Below are positions 11,470 through 24,402 of a DNA stretch of 64,000 nucleotides, one piece after another. Source of the stretch: Eledone cirrhosa (lineage: Eukaryota). Numbering within the stretch: the first letter of the stretch is position 1; the number at the start of each line of letters is the position of its first letter. The stretch lies in NCBI GenBank assembly GCA_964016885.1, contig OZ024740.1, positions 294,748,001 to 294,812,000 of the forward strand, written 5' to 3'. The notes under the pieces are model-generated. The model had not been told where the DNA came from and did not search any database. It saw only the letters and a program-made list of their open reading frames with translations. A program made the translations under genes and the position numbers.

Positions 11470-13290
11470 AATATAAACAAATGTGGACCCACGCTCTGCC
11501 GGCGGACAGAATAGAAAAGGCGTTTCTCCGGAGCATGGTGAGTGAGGGACACGCGTTGGAAGAGCCATTCCAGCTCGTGAGGCTCATACCTGCGGGTAGC
11601 CAACTCCGTGCCGATGGTGGTGAGTAGGGAGGTTGTCCTAGGGCCAAAGACACTAGAAGTTTCCACAGCTACGTATTCGACCGCAAACCTATCGGAGAGC
11701 GACCGATATTTGGAGAGTTTGCCCTCCTCAGCCCGAAGTGCAGTAGAGCCTGGGTTAGTCGCTGACTGCACCAAGAGGCCTCTGGAGAAAGTGTCGACGC
11801 ATGTGGCATCCCAGGTGAGGGGCTTACTACCGCGGAACGGGACGATGGTCATGACGTCTGGCCTTTTGCCGTCCCCTCGGTCCATCCCCACCGTTTCTTG
11901 CTGGGAGGGGAAGCCTGCAACATCCAAGTCATGCTTCATGATCTCGTTGAGAGCAGCATGGAGTGGAAGGCGGCCGGCACTATAGCGACAGGACAGCGGG
12001 TGGAGGCCGAAAGAGTCTACGGTGGATCCGCAACGACATTTGTTTCGCTCGCAGATACAGAGGCCGAGCCTCAGGGAACCCCCGATTCGCATGCTATCGT
12101 AATCCAGCTGCATGCCAGTCGAAAAGGAGGGTAAGGCATTGAGACAGGCATCGCTGAAGGGTAGTGAGGCCGAGCGAAAACATGCGAGACGGTGCTGGTC
12201 GAGCTGGCGTGCTAGCCTGTCCGAGGCCATTTGCATTGGATGGCATCCCATAGCTCTGGGAGGATTTGACGTCTACAGGGGAAAGAGAAGGAGGGACTTC
12301 TACTGGGCGGAGTCCGAGCCAGTTCCAAGTCTCGTAGGTAGCCTTGCGTTCCTCGATCACGGTGGGTTCAGTTAAGTTGTGGAGAACCCTGTTGATGAGG
12401 ACACAGCAAGAGGTTACCGACCAAAGAAACAAGATCGGAGACCGGAGACCAATGCCACCGTTTCTAATGGGTAAGGTCGCCTGTTGCTATCCAAAGTCGC
12501 CAACCTGATGTTGCATTTCTCCTCAGCTGCCCCTCGGATACAAGTATCGAGGTCAGCGAGGAGGGATGTGTGGCTGTAGCAAGGAGCATTGCGAAATGTG
12601 TAGAGGAGCTCCGACATAGCGAAGCAGTTCCCCAACAAGAAGAGGATTAGATGGGTGTCAATCATGCCTAGTTTGTTCGTGGGGGTCGTGAGCTGCTGGA
12701 GCCTGGGCCTGACGGCCGGCGGGAGGTTTGGGGACCCGAGGATGAGAACATCCTCTTTCGGGGTCACCTGTACCTGGAGGAGAATGGATCTTACGTCCGA
12801 GACGGAGGCTGCAAAGCCCTCTGCGTCGTGGTTGACATTCATCACCCCCGACTTGGACGAATTGACATCGAGGCCGATTCGCGCCAAAGCAGGAACCATG
12901 GATCGTAGGTCATGGCAGACAGTCTCCACGTGCCGGTCCAACGTGGCATCATCCAGGTACCAAACATTAAAAGGGGTCGTGATGCTCCGAGTAATGTGGT
13001 CTATCCCGTGAGCAAAAACGAGGGGGCCCAAAAGATAACCCTGTTGGACCCCAGTGGCTGAAGTTATAACTGTGTCAGCAGCAAGGAGCATGCTCGGGGC
13101 TCCATACGACAGGCAGGCCTGCGGGTAAGCAGAGGGGCCTCGGCTGAGGCAGGCCTCGAGCAGATGGTCACGGCGTAGGCAGTTAAAGGCATTCCTCATG
13201 TCAAGCTTGACGCTGGTTCCTGTGGGCAGCTGTTGAACTGCACAGCTGCATGTGTAGTCCCCCTCACACCCACCGGACACGCCGACCCCT
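11470..13290 (-). mobile_element. CRE-clade non-LTR retrotransposon, 5'-truncated and frameshifted (RT, Zn knuckle, RLE)
   Basis: KLDMRNAFN, GVQQGYLLGPLVF and WYLDD (12414-13280); CRCG..GLHPLSC, KRPD, WDATCVDT and AVETS (11397-12251). Confidence 0.9.
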
Positions 13291-13439
13291 AGTTGTACAA
13301 AAGTTATTTGAATAAGATTTTTTTTTATCCAATATTCTGGATTGTTAACTTCATTTTACACACACACCAATACAGACACATACATACATCTGATAACGAG
13401 CGATGATCAAACCCAAAGTGGAAAGGGAATATATCTCCG

Positions 13440-13755
13440 TCGGTTTTGACGATGAGTGTTCCAGTTGTTCGATCAACAGAACAGTCAGCTGATGAAATTA
13501 ACGTGTAAGTGGCTGAGCATTCCACAGACATGTGTGCCCTTAACGTAATTTTCGGAAAAGTCAGCTTAACACTCTGTCTTATAGCTGGCCCTATGTATTA
13601 CTGGTACAGTCCAGCTTCACAATGGTCTTCGTCTACACTGGCATGGGTCGACTTGAGGCTATGGTAAATGACACTTACCCAAGATACCACGCAGTAGGAT
13701 CGAACCCGGAACCTAATAATTGCGGAACGAACTTCTTAACCATTCGGCCATGCTG
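13440..13755 (-). mobile_element. tRNA-derived CORE-type SINE
   Basis: Head gcatggccgaatggttaag..gggttcgatcct and CORE-like gtatcttgggtaagtgtc. Paralogue at 46015-46348 and a tail copy at ~57915-57960. Confidence 0.75.
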
Positions 13756-13864
13756 TGTCCATAAAACCAATAACAGTATTCTAAAAAGAGGAGGTTAATT
13801 GTCTGTGAAATTGTAATCTTAAAATAGCTGATATATTCAAAATGGTTTAAAAGTGTGTGCCATA

Positions 13865-14095
13865 CTTTCGCTAAGGGTTTTAGGTTCACACGCAGTTGTG
13901 AGCAGACACAGACATTCTCTCGAAGACCCTTCATTTGACCTGGCAAAACATCCAGGATGTAACAACTCGTAGGAGAGAGGAGTGGCACTTTATCAACCCA
14001 GAAAGAATGAAAGGTAAAGTGGACCTCGGCGTGAATTGAACTCAGAACAGAGAGGCCCGGAACGAACTAACAACTCTGCCAAACGTCCGAAACGC
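13865..14095 (-). mobile_element. SINE with Meta-like body and a distinct tail
   Basis: Paralogous to the interrupted copy at 36335-36390 plus 36609-36775. Confidence 0.65.
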
Positions 14096-14109
14096 CTACC
14101 TCCCTTTTT

Positions 14110-16140
14110 CTGATTACCGAATGCTGAAGCTGGCGCATTACTGCATCAGCTCCGCAATTTTAGCCTTTAATTTAGCCTCCTGCCTTCCATCAGCCCTGAA
14201 TACGGCTCCGTGATACTTGAATTTCTCTACCTGCTTCAGTGGAACTCTATTCACATGCAGAGTGCACTGCGACGGCTTCCTTGAGAGGACGAGTGTCTCA
14301 ATTTTCGCAGCACTGATTTTCATTCCAGCCATGCAGCACTCGGCATCAAACCTATCAAGTGCAAGTTGGAGATCACCTTCTGTCGAGTTAAGTAACACCA
14401 TGTCGTCTGCAAATTCCAGCCAACTGATTTTACACCTGCCAGTTGTGATACCAGTTCCAACCAGGCCGCGCATGTCAATCCTGTTCATTGAAATAATGAA
14501 CTGTAGGTGTGACAGTACGCACCTGTTGCGGAGTCCGACTCCTACATTAAATGGTTTTGATTTTGCACCGTTTATCCGAACACAAATACTCGGGCATTCG
14601 TATAGAGTCATGAGGGCAACAAGAAGCTGACCATCTACCCCACAATCCTGTAGAACCCTCACAGCAGGTCCCGAGGAATGCGGTTGTATGCCTTTTCGAA
14701 ATCTACAAAGCACGAATACACCTCTTGGCAGTACTCCCATGATTTCTGAAAGATCTGCTACAGTGTGAATATTTGGTCGGCTGTGCTGCATTCAGAACGA
14801 AACCCACACTGTTCATTAGTTAGCTTGGACTTGATAATCTCCCTACATCACTTTGCCAGACACTTAGCGTGAACTTTACCGGGGAGGCTTAGATCCTTCT
14901 ATAATTGGAGCAATCTCTCTTGTTTCCTTTGAGATTATCACACATTACTGCCTTTGCTTAGGTACCTTTCCAGAGATCCAAGCCACCCAGCACACACGAG
15001 TCAGCCAGACAATACCTTCCCTATTTAAAGTTTTTAAAATTTCGGGCTGAATTTCATCCCCCAGTAGCCTTGACACAACCGAGCTCTTTAATTGCTCTGG
15101 TGATCTTACCCTCTAAGAGAGTCATCGCTCCCAGATGCACCTCATGTACACAAAATGTTATGACCGGGCTTAGGAGAATATTCAGCAAAGTATTCTCCAC
15201 CTCGCGAGGGTGCATCTGTCTGAAGAGAGGAGAACCCCAGAAGCGTTACTGACAGCAGGTGTGCAAGAAGGAGGACATATTTCCAAGCCAAGCTTTGTAG
15301 GCCTCCTTCTTTGTTCGGATAGTATCTTTGACCTCTTGCCACCCAGCGTTATACGAAGCTGCTTTCGCCCGCAGCATTTAACAACTGAAGCAGAAACTAC
15401 CGAGCTGAACCGTCTCTTTTCCGTTTCAACGTCCTCAGGGTGTTCTCTGAACTTGGATGCAATAGTATCTGTATACCTTGTCCCGACTTCTTGATCCAAC
15501 AACGCTTCCTACTGTATCCTGTAGGTTGACCTACTCCTGGCAGTGTTGTGGTCTTCGTTGGATTTAGGTAGTCTCAAGCTGCAGATAACTAGATGGTGAT
15601 TAGTGGACGCTCCACCACTCTCTTAACACAAACGTCCAGCACAGAATCGAAGAGATAAGAGACAATAACAAAATCACTTATTGATCTCTATCCTTGATTA
15701 CCCTTATACTATATACATTTCTGGACGCCTCTGTGTTGGAAGGCGTTCAAAATAGAGTCCATTACTAGAACAGAAGTCTAATAAGGCCTTTCCATTCGTA
15801 TTTAGATCGGGGTTCACCGTTCCTTCCAATCACTCCTTTCCATGTCAGGTGGTCAGTGCCAACATGTCCATTGAAGTCTACCATCAGGATATATTACATC
15901 TAATGCTGCAGTGACTTCTTCAAGGAAAGATCTGTATTCTGATTCCCTGTTTGGTGCATAAACTTGCATCACCCACAGAGACCTATCTTTCAGACTAAAC
16001 TTCAAGAGGCAAATCCTCCCTCCTAATGGGATCCAGCCCATAACACATTCAGATAGCTGGAAACTTGTGAGTATCCCCACTCCTGCCTGTGTAGTAATTT
16101 CTGGCGACACACCAGAAACTATTTGGAAGCCCGTCAGATG
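14110..16140 (-). mobile_element. RTE-clade LINE (Expander/Rex3-like), APE plus RT, decayed
   Basis: APE: QAGVGILTS..VMQVYAPN (15853-16140). RT: FNVGVGLR..LEFADDMVLL..LKQVEKFKY (14138-14791). Confidence 0.9.
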
Positions 16141-16499
16141 GACTGGGCCATGCTTGTCACACGCTGTTATGTCCAGACATTTGTATATTAATCTCACGAG
16201 CAGGATATCCCGCTGGTTGAACAATTAGAATACTCACCGCCGAAATCGGTAGCGGTCCATTCCATTCCTTTCGCCCGTACTAAACCCGAAACCAAACGTA
16301 TCAATAATGAATAAATATTTATTGTTATTGTCTCTATCGCTGTTCATGTTTGTTGTTGTTGTTTTCTAAGATGGGAGGGTATGATTGCAGGGAGATTTGG
16401 CGGCGGTTTCTAGCATCAAGGAGTTGCATTGCGGCTCTACCGTGAAGTAAATTAATAGTTATTTGGTTAATGGACGATACCAACTGCAACAGTAATAAT

Positions 16500-16960
16500 G
16501 GTTTCTGATTTAGGCACAAAGCCAACAATTTTCTGGTGAGGAGGAAGTCGATTAAATCGACCTCCAGTGCATTACTAGTACTTTATTTGAATGATCCCGT
16601 AAGGATGAAAGGCAAAGCTAACCGCGACGGGATTTGAAATCAGAACGTAAAGCGCCATAACTATGCCACGAAGTTTGTTGCCCGACGCTCTTCCGATTAC
16701 TGCCATTCCACCGCCCCAACTACAACAATAGTAAAAAAATGTTTCTAATTTAGATATAAGGGAAGCAATTAGAGAGGAGGGGAACAGTCAATTGGGGAGG
16801 AGACTAGTACTTGATTGGTACTGCATTCTATCAACACCGGAAAGATGAAAAGCAAAGTTGACTTCGGCAGGATTTGAACTCAGAATGTTAAAACTCGGAC
16901 AAAATGCTTCAAAGCATTTTGTCCGAGTTTTAAACAACGCTCAAGCAATTCTGCCAGCTT
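16500..16960 (-). mobile_element. Two tandem Meta-domain SINEs (16500-16717, 16740-16960)
   Basis: Each has the tail gcacaaagcc/gatataagg, the Meta-like gatgaaaggcaaag and box B ggatttgaa (all read on +). Confidence 0.75.
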
Positions 16961-17036
16961 ATAACATGAAATAACATAGCTATGATAATTTAAAATAAAT
17001 GGACATTTCTGGCCAATGTCCATAACCACCATTCCA

Positions 17037-18640
17037 ATGATTAATTTAAAGTACAGCTTTAAATCAATTTGTGTACTGTAAGTTTACATTTTGTGTCAAA
17101 TACTATATGCGGTTACATGGCAAACGATGGATAAAAGACCAAAACATTCATAAAATGTTAATAGCCCTTTTAAATGCTTCTCAGACTCAGAGAACATCTC
17201 ACACTAAAAATTTATGCTGTTCTAAAATGTTCTTAAAATAACTTAAGACGAAATAAGGAAAGTCTCGAGGTACTATAAAACCAGTAACAGTAATATTTTG
17301 AAAATGTAGCATGTCGGCTATTAAAATGGTTTCTTGAATACGGTGAACCATTTAGATGAATTTTAGCTCATTTTTACAAATTATAATTTTCATTATTTTT
17401 GTTTTCAATCCAATGTAGTGGAGGCGAACGGAAGTCCAGGTACCAAGGAAGCCCATCCGTTGTGGGCGGCATTGTCAAGATTTCTGACGTCCCAGATGAA
17501 CGACCCCCCCCCCCCCCCCACACTCAAATAGAAAAATTGCAATCCCATTCCGGGGCCTACCATCGCCGCTGTTGAGACTGACAGGTTCCATTTGTGACGG
17601 TAAACACGAGTGAGGTTTCGTCGTCAACTTCCCGTTTTAGACGTTAAACATTCGCACAAAGTGCTTATATGGATACCGAAAGTTGTTCAAACTTCCACAG
17701 TTGAAGGACATGCGACAAGAATAAGCCAAACTTTGAATTTCGACAATCCACACAATCAAAGCCATTTCTACTCTTTCGCACATATCTCCCGCACCAAGAC
17801 TCAGAAATAGGATCACTACTTTCTGCCATAATTTGCTAACAAGTCTCCCTGCACACTTTAGCTTTCCTTCTGTGCCGACACTTGGCATCATTCTTCAAAA
17901 GGCGATTCGAAACAACTCCATAAATATTAAATCTTATGTGAATGCATATTCATAGCTGAAGTTATAACTTCTTGTAAATGTTTAATTCACTATATATTGA
18001 TTACCATCACAGCGAAAATCTAATGACAAGAGATAAAATAGAAATATACTGCAGATTAGAAGAGTGTTGTTAGGGGTTTTACAATAAATTCTTCTAGTAT
18101 TGAACATTTAAATCCAACCTACCTGAAAGTATGAAGATTCATCACAAGATGTCATCAATTGAAATAAACTTTTACGCCACATTTTTCTCCAGTTTGGAAG
18201 AAGCTTATTTTAGGAAGAAAAGAGCCAACTATTTTCGTGCGTCTTTTATTCATAATAAATCCATTCTGGCAAAGTTCATTGTTAATGTAGGGAATACGAT
18301 ACAAGTTCAAAAGTCGTTCAATTTAATGACGAGCACAATTGCTAGTTTAAAATATAGAGTATTTAGTTGCATATTCAAATATCTATTTGAATTAAACAAT
18401 GACAAAACTTTCAGCCATCTCACCTTTGTTACTGTTGAAAAATAGAAGGAATTATACTTTTTATTGATCTTTAAACTTTATTTTAAATATCTTAAGTTGA
18501 TGTTATTTCTAAACAACTCCTGTTGATACTTAATGAAAAATGTACGTTCAGCAATGTCTGATTCAAACTGAGTGACTGTTACTTGATGTATACCTAAATG
18601 GATAGGCTTCCTTATGCCACGGTAAACTTTAGAGAAAATA
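17037..18640 (+). pseudogene. Decayed secreted/receptor LRR gene: start exon, signal peptide, LRRNT, LRRs, LRRCT-like end
   Basis: ATG17037..CT|gtaagt (17077) spliced to tag|C (17367) gives MINLKYSFKSICVLSFLQIIIFIIFVFNPM. Downstream: DVKHSHKVLIWIPKVVQTST, FCHNLLTSLPAHF, FSSLEEAYF, IASLKYRVFS, KTFSHLT and YLNG*ASLCHGKL. Many stops. Confidence 0.45.
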
Positions 18641-19359
18641 AAAATATTTTGGTGTACTTTGTGCTTAAAATAATAATAACACTTGTGTTTATTAATTTTA
18701 GCCTCAAAATATATTTAAACCACCGGAAGTTATAATGAATCATCTTTATTCTCCGAGACCATCAATTATTTGCATGATGCTGTGATTTCCTTTGTTTATA
18801 GAAGCTATAATTGATTACAACGGTTTGTATATGTATATATAAATTATATATATTACACACCGGTCCAATAGAAATAGAATATATCGAACAAGGGTAAGCG
18901 GAGATGGCCCACAATTGCCCACAGTGACCTTTTGTTCACACCCTATTAACCAATGTGCTAAATAATAATCCACGGCATAATTAAGAATTCCGTTATCAAA
19001 CTCTATATTAGAATTTCACTTTGTATTTTCTTATTTTTAATATATGATTTCAATGGAGAAACGCACCTAACAATATCTCGCGACAGTTTTTGAATTACTG
19101 CATTATCAATATAAATTCATAAATGGACACTGTGATTATTAACAACTATAAGTATTAATGTGGTGTGTTAAATAAATATATACATACACACCAGGTCCAA
19201 ATACAATGGAACTAAACTCCCGCTGTCACTGCCTCCGTCTCTCCCGCTCTCCTCATGGACAGAAAAGTTGTGTTGCATTTGTTAATCACAGTTCCCTTCG
19301 CCATTTCATATAAGTTGCTGCTTAGCCTCAGGTGAAACCTAAACAAGTAGACCTATGGA

Positions 19360-19509
19360 CAGGACCAAATTAAGATCTTGGGAGGCCCCGAGTCATCTCA
19401 GGTTTGGTGGGCCCCTCATATAACAACACACACGCACACATTAATATATATATCTTTATTAGTCAGGATCCCGACGGCTGAGCTTCGGCCGTTTCGACAG
19501 CTAGATCCG

Positions 19510-19540
<31 letters not shown>

Positions 19541-20321
19541 GCATATAAGCAGGAAGAGAGACAGCAGACTGAATCGAAAGGAAAAGATTTGAATTTCTTC
19601 AAATACATCAGCCCACTGATCAGGTCATGAGTTCAACAAATAATTGTTTCTACGTTTGGCACAAGGCCAGCAATTACCCAGTGCATTACTGGTATTTTAT
19701 TTTATCGACCCCGTAAGGATGAAAGGCAAAGTTAACCTCGGCGGGATTTGAACTCAGAATGGCAAGGGCCGTAACTCTATACGTCAAAGCATGGCGTCCG
19801 ACCCGCTACCGAAACAAATAATTGTTTCTACTTTAGGCACAAGGCCAGCAAATACCCAGTGCATTACTGGTACTTTATTTTATCGACCCCGTAAGGATGA
19901 AAGGCAAAGTCAACAATAAATGTGGTAAAGGAATGGTCATTGTGTTTACACACACGTGCGCGCGCGCATATAACCGTTCATACACACACTTACACATCAA
20001 GCACCATCCTATACATACACATACACACGTGTGTATTCTCACCTCATATACACTAGTATTTAGTTGCATACACTAGTTCCCACTACTTTTGCCAACTGGT
20101 GTCGCTAAAATAAAAAAAATTGTGATAAATTGGCACAAAAGCGACATCAATTACATTTTTAACGACATACTCTAAAAGTTTGTGAACGTCTTTTTGAATT
20201 TTGGGCCCTGCTTAAAGAAGGGAGGGGTCTTTCCTGTTCGGTGGTGGTGGTGAGGGTAGAGGTTGTTTAATGAGGGGCTCCAGTGTATTCACCCCCACCA
20301 CGCCCCGATAAATCCGGCCTT
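19360..20321. mobile_element. MITE (CAGGCCGGATTAA-like ends) containing nested SINEs and microsatellites
   Basis: Left end caggaccaaattaag and right end taaatccggcct, with similar flanks acctatgga/atctatgta. SINE copies lie inside at 19643-19812 and 19820-19912. Confidence 0.4.
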
Positions 20322-20396
20322 ATCTATGTATGAATCAAAGGTTTTCTGGTTGTGACTATCCCGAGTTTTGAGGGTTATATCTACATTATAAGATGG

Positions 20397-20581
20397 GCGG
20401 TGGATTAGCAGTATCGATAGAGGGTTGGACGCCATGCTTTGCAGCATGGAGTTACGGGCCTTTACGATCTGAGTTCAAATCCCGCCGAGGTTAACTTTGC
20501 CTTTCATCCTTACGGGGTCGATAAAATAAAGTACCAGTAATGCACTGGGTAATTGCTGGCCTTGTGCCAAAAGTAGAAACA
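20397..20581 (+). mobile_element. Full-length Meta-domain tRNA-SINE with TSD
   Basis: Head gcggtggattagcagtatcg, box B gagttcaaatccc, Meta-like domain and tail. TSD attataagatgg on both sides. Confidence 0.85.
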
Positions 20582-21186
20582 ATTATAAGATGGTAAGGTG
20601 AGCTATCGGGGAGATTCGACTATTATTTCTTACAGGTCGAGTAACAATGTCGGTGCTCCTTCATTGGCTTGACATCATATAAGCTGTTTAGCCCCAAGTC
20701 AACTCTGATCATTATTAAAGAATTCCAACCATGACTATATCATTTTATTTTCAGATCTTAGTCTAGGAAGTGATTTGATGGAGATTTGAGTGTTACTTTT
20801 AGCAGGTCACGTAACTGGGCACATGTTTGTTATTACTTTAAGTTGTGTGATACGAACATAATTTCCAAATAAAACAGCCCCACAACTAAGAAGGTGACTT
20901 TTTATAGTCGTACGAACAACTTGCTCGAAAAAATCTACAAAATCTCACTCAATTTAATTACACCCCACCGTTTTATGAACGGAAGAACACGTTGGGCAAT
21001 GTAGTTCTATATATATATATAAGTTTGGAGGAGGTTATAGTTCACTTGAAGCATTTTGTAATGAGGTATAAACGTTTGTATATGTATAATAAAGCCAAAA
21101 CAATGCAGGTATGGACATAGAATAAAGAATGCAAATGCAAAAGATATTGTTGACAATTAGTCTTTTACCTTAGATTTATTTAAATG

Positions 21187-21222
21187 TCCTTAATTTTCGA
21201 GATATCTCTTCTTCAGAGGGAA
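21187..21222 (-). ncRNA. Degenerate minimal hammerhead in a Penelope 3' region
   Basis: cct-CTGAAGA-a gag atat ctc-GAAA-at-TA-agg, lying 3' of the GIY-YIG ORF. Confidence 0.45.
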
Positions 21223-21554
21223 GTAAAGCTGTTAATCCAGTGTTCTAAATAGCTTGCCAAGTCATCTGTTCTATCTCTGATGTCAAAGAGTTAAGATTAG
21301 GTGGATAAAGAGTAGTCTCCCTTTAAAAGAGGTTTTTGTTTTTGTTTTTTTGTACATGCCTGTTTAAGTGTGTGGGAGAATGCATGAAGGTGTAAGTGTG
21401 TGAGTGTGAGAAGATATGTCTATATGTAAATGTGGGGGATAGATGTTATCTCGTGTTAGAATTGGTTTTGTGTGTGTAAGTGTGAGAGAGAATAAGTGGA
21501 GGTGTATGCGTGTGTGTGTGTGGGGTGTGTGTAAATATGGGGCTAGAAGCTCTA

Positions 21555-22127
21555 TCAAGTTATAAATTGGGTGTTGAGTTCTAGTCTATTATTGATTGGT
21601 GGTTGTGTTTTGTCTATAATTAGTGCTTCCTTAATTCTAAGATTCCCGAGGTTTCTTTCCTTAGTTTCTATCCTAACTGTTATGGTTTTGTCGGTGTTTT
21701 TGCATTTAACTAGGTGTTTCTTAAATGAGGAAGCGTTAGTATTGAGGTGTTCTTTTATTCTTATGTGGAGTGGTCTGGTGGTACTACCTACGTAGAAGTT
21801 GTTGCATTTGTCACACTCTAGTCTGTATACGACGTAAGCCTGGTGGCATAGGTCTGTGTCATTGATGGGGCAGTTGGCTAGTCTGCAGCAGTTGTCATGT
21901 CTGGTGGAGTGTCTTTTGGTTAGCTGTCCGCGTAGAGAAGGACCTGAGTGGGCCAGTTGGATATCTAGTCCCTCTCGTCTGATAGCTCTGCGGATGGCTG
22001 TTGTTGTTTCTTCACTGAGGTGTGGGAGCTTCAGGAAGCAAGTGTTAGTGCCTCGGGTGTGGTGTCCTCTGTTCTTTCTGGCACGGTTTGTGGTGGATGT
22101 CGTGTATCCGTTACTGAACGGATACAT
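21555..22127 (-). mobile_element. Penelope-like element, uninterrupted GIY-YIG endonuclease segment (5'-truncated)
   Basis: 190-aa ORF: FLKLPHLSE, C..NCP....C...VVYRLECDKCNNFYVGSTTRPLHIRIKEH, LRIKEALII...PPINNR. Confidence 0.92.
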
Positions 22128-22259
22128 AATTCTTTGCTAACGAGGCTCTATGTAGGAAAAAATATATTGATGAATGATATACATACATACATACATCCAT
22201 ACATACATACATACTTACACAAAATTAAGAGAAAGAGAGACATACATACATATAAAAAA

Positions 22260-23075
22260 ATGGACCAATTTACAGAGAAAGTTGTGCATGGGTACCTGAG
22301 ACGAATAACACAGACCATAGAGGAGATAAATCATTCAAAAATCCTGGCATAGAGTTCCCGACAAGTTTACGACATCCCACCTTGAAGGATATCTCTCTGC
22401 AATACAGGAACAAAAAATCCCTACAAAATATCTGCTACACAAAAGAGGAGGGCCATCAGTCGATAATAAATGTAGACTTTGTAAAAAAAAAGATAGATGT
22501 TAGCCACGTTGTTGCTGCCAACTGCGAAAGAATGTCGCCTCGTTACTACTTCCCTATGAGACACGATGTGATAGTTAGAACCATCTGGAGCGCAATTAGG
22601 AAAACAAAATTAAAAACAAATGAATACTGGTGGAACCTGAAAATAAAAACTGCCACCAAATTAAAGCACAGCCGGCCTGATATTGTTGTTTGGGATAACA
22701 CATTGAAAACGTGCTCTATTGTAGAGATCAGCTGCCCACTTGATGCCAATGTTGTAAGAAAAATACGGACCATTGAGGAGTTTGCAGATCCAGTATCCAA
22801 TATACACCTTCAGTTTCATACCCATCATTATTGGAGCTACAGGTTATATACCAACCCACTTGGAACAAAGTATAACTGAACTTGGATTTGCGGACAAAGA
22901 GCGCAGCTCCCTAATTCATAGACTACAAATGGCTGCGAAAGCTGGCACCTTCAAAATTTGCAAAATATTCTTGTGATTCAAGGGATGACAATTTCTTCTT
23001 TTTTTTTTAACAACCTTGCCACCAGGAAGGTTATCGGTCAAAATTGTACTCGAAATTAAGAGAAAGAGAAACATA
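22260..23075 (+). mobile_element. R4/Dong-clade non-LTR element 3' part, inside (CATA)n
   Basis: CRLC..SHVV..C knuckle, MRHD, YWWN, HSRPDIVVWD..IVEISCP, PIIIGATG and GTFKICK. Bounded by catacatac runs. Confidence 0.8.
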
Positions 23076-23882
23076 CATACACACATGCTTACATAAATAT
23101 GGGTCATAACTGTTTACCACATATATACCGACTATCAGATATGATGTAGCACGAAAAGAAGGAAAGAATAAATTCTGACAATGTCGAAGAACCTTAATGT
23201 GAACTTGTAAGATTGAAAGAAGACTCACGGAGGAAAAATATTTAAAGATCATTTTGTAGCGAGTATCTATTCTCCAGAAAGAAAGATGGCACTACTAATT
23301 CACATGCACATTAAAAATGAAACGTTGGTCTCTAAATTAATATATACTGCTCGCCCTTAACGTGATTTTTCACTAGATACAATCATCGTGCCACCACCTA
23401 AGAAAGACAGAACACAATACACATAAAAAGTGACAAAAATTGCCGCCTCCAGAATAATCTCACCCGGTACGGAAGGCCCCCTGGCCTCCAATCTTATCTG
23501 CACTACTAAATGCAATGAGAACTGAGTAGTCTCCTATACACTCAAAAACCGTAGTTTGCCTTAGATCCAACGAAAATAAATGTTTTGCATTTGAAAATGT
23601 GCGCTTCGGTTCTTGAAAAGAAGCAGGAAGAGAAAAAAAGTGTGTACCACAGTTAGAGAGAGAGAGAGAGAGAGAGAGAAAGAGGGGGGAGAGAGAGAGA
23701 GAACAACTGGAAACAACTGCAGTGGTATCACGGAACATCAATTACTGTAAATTGTTCTAATTGTTAAGTAGCGCGAACATGCTATCTTAGAGATAGCATA
23801 TTTGATGGTGACATTTCATTTTATATGTGGTATTTAATTACTGCAAATTATAGTGTCTACGTATGTATGTATGTATGTATGT

Positions 23883-24402
23883 CAGGTCGCTCTCGAGTGC
23901 TACTGGTAACATGTAACCCAGTACAACCTGTCTCATGGTCGGGTCATCGGCGACTAAACCGGCAACCCCACCAAGCTTGCTTGGTGAGGAGGGTGATACT
24001 TGGACACCTTGCGGGATGAAATACAAGATCCCGCAAAGGGCGGAGGAACTCAACAGAGTCAACGGCCATCCAAATAGTATTTTTTATTTTTTTACCTGGG
24101 AGTGAAAGGCCCCCAGTTGTCACAACACCTTTCTAGGAGAGGGAAACTCTGAAAAAAAAAAAAAACCTGCGGCTTAGGAAGCATCCGATGATGTTGACCA
24201 GTTCTCCTTTTCGAGTAGTGTTTTCGATGCTCAGAGAGTGGTCGAGTGCAAGGCCTTTCTCTACTTAAAAAACCTTCAAAGCACAGGCATTGCTTGTTCA
24301 GGATCTGTTACAGGTTTGTGTGCCCGGCTGTAGCCTAAAGGTGCACTATTTTCTGTAATCTGACAAGCGATTGCAATACTCTTAGCAGAGTTTGCAGCCA
24401 CC
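23883..24402 (+). mobile_element. Non-autonomous bipartite RTE-derived element, variant A
   Basis: RTE-5'UTR-like ctaggagagggaaactctga with no ORF; (TATG)n on both sides. Confidence 0.7.

Noticed and set aside
13690-13755. tRNA-like sequences here and at 20400, 46290 and 56400
   Set aside because: SINE heads with A/B boxes continuing into SINE bodies; no complete cloverleaf.
17700-17900. Minus-strand WCGRYVRK..CVDC, resembling a P-element/THAP9 C-terminus
   Set aside because: A single weak motif; the + strand LRR reading explains more of the region.
23883-23970. HDV-like ribozyme at the 5' end of the bipartite element
   Set aside because: RTE elements can carry one and a gcgaCTAA motif is present, but I could not build P1/P1.1/P2/P3. 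Kept only as a structured leader.
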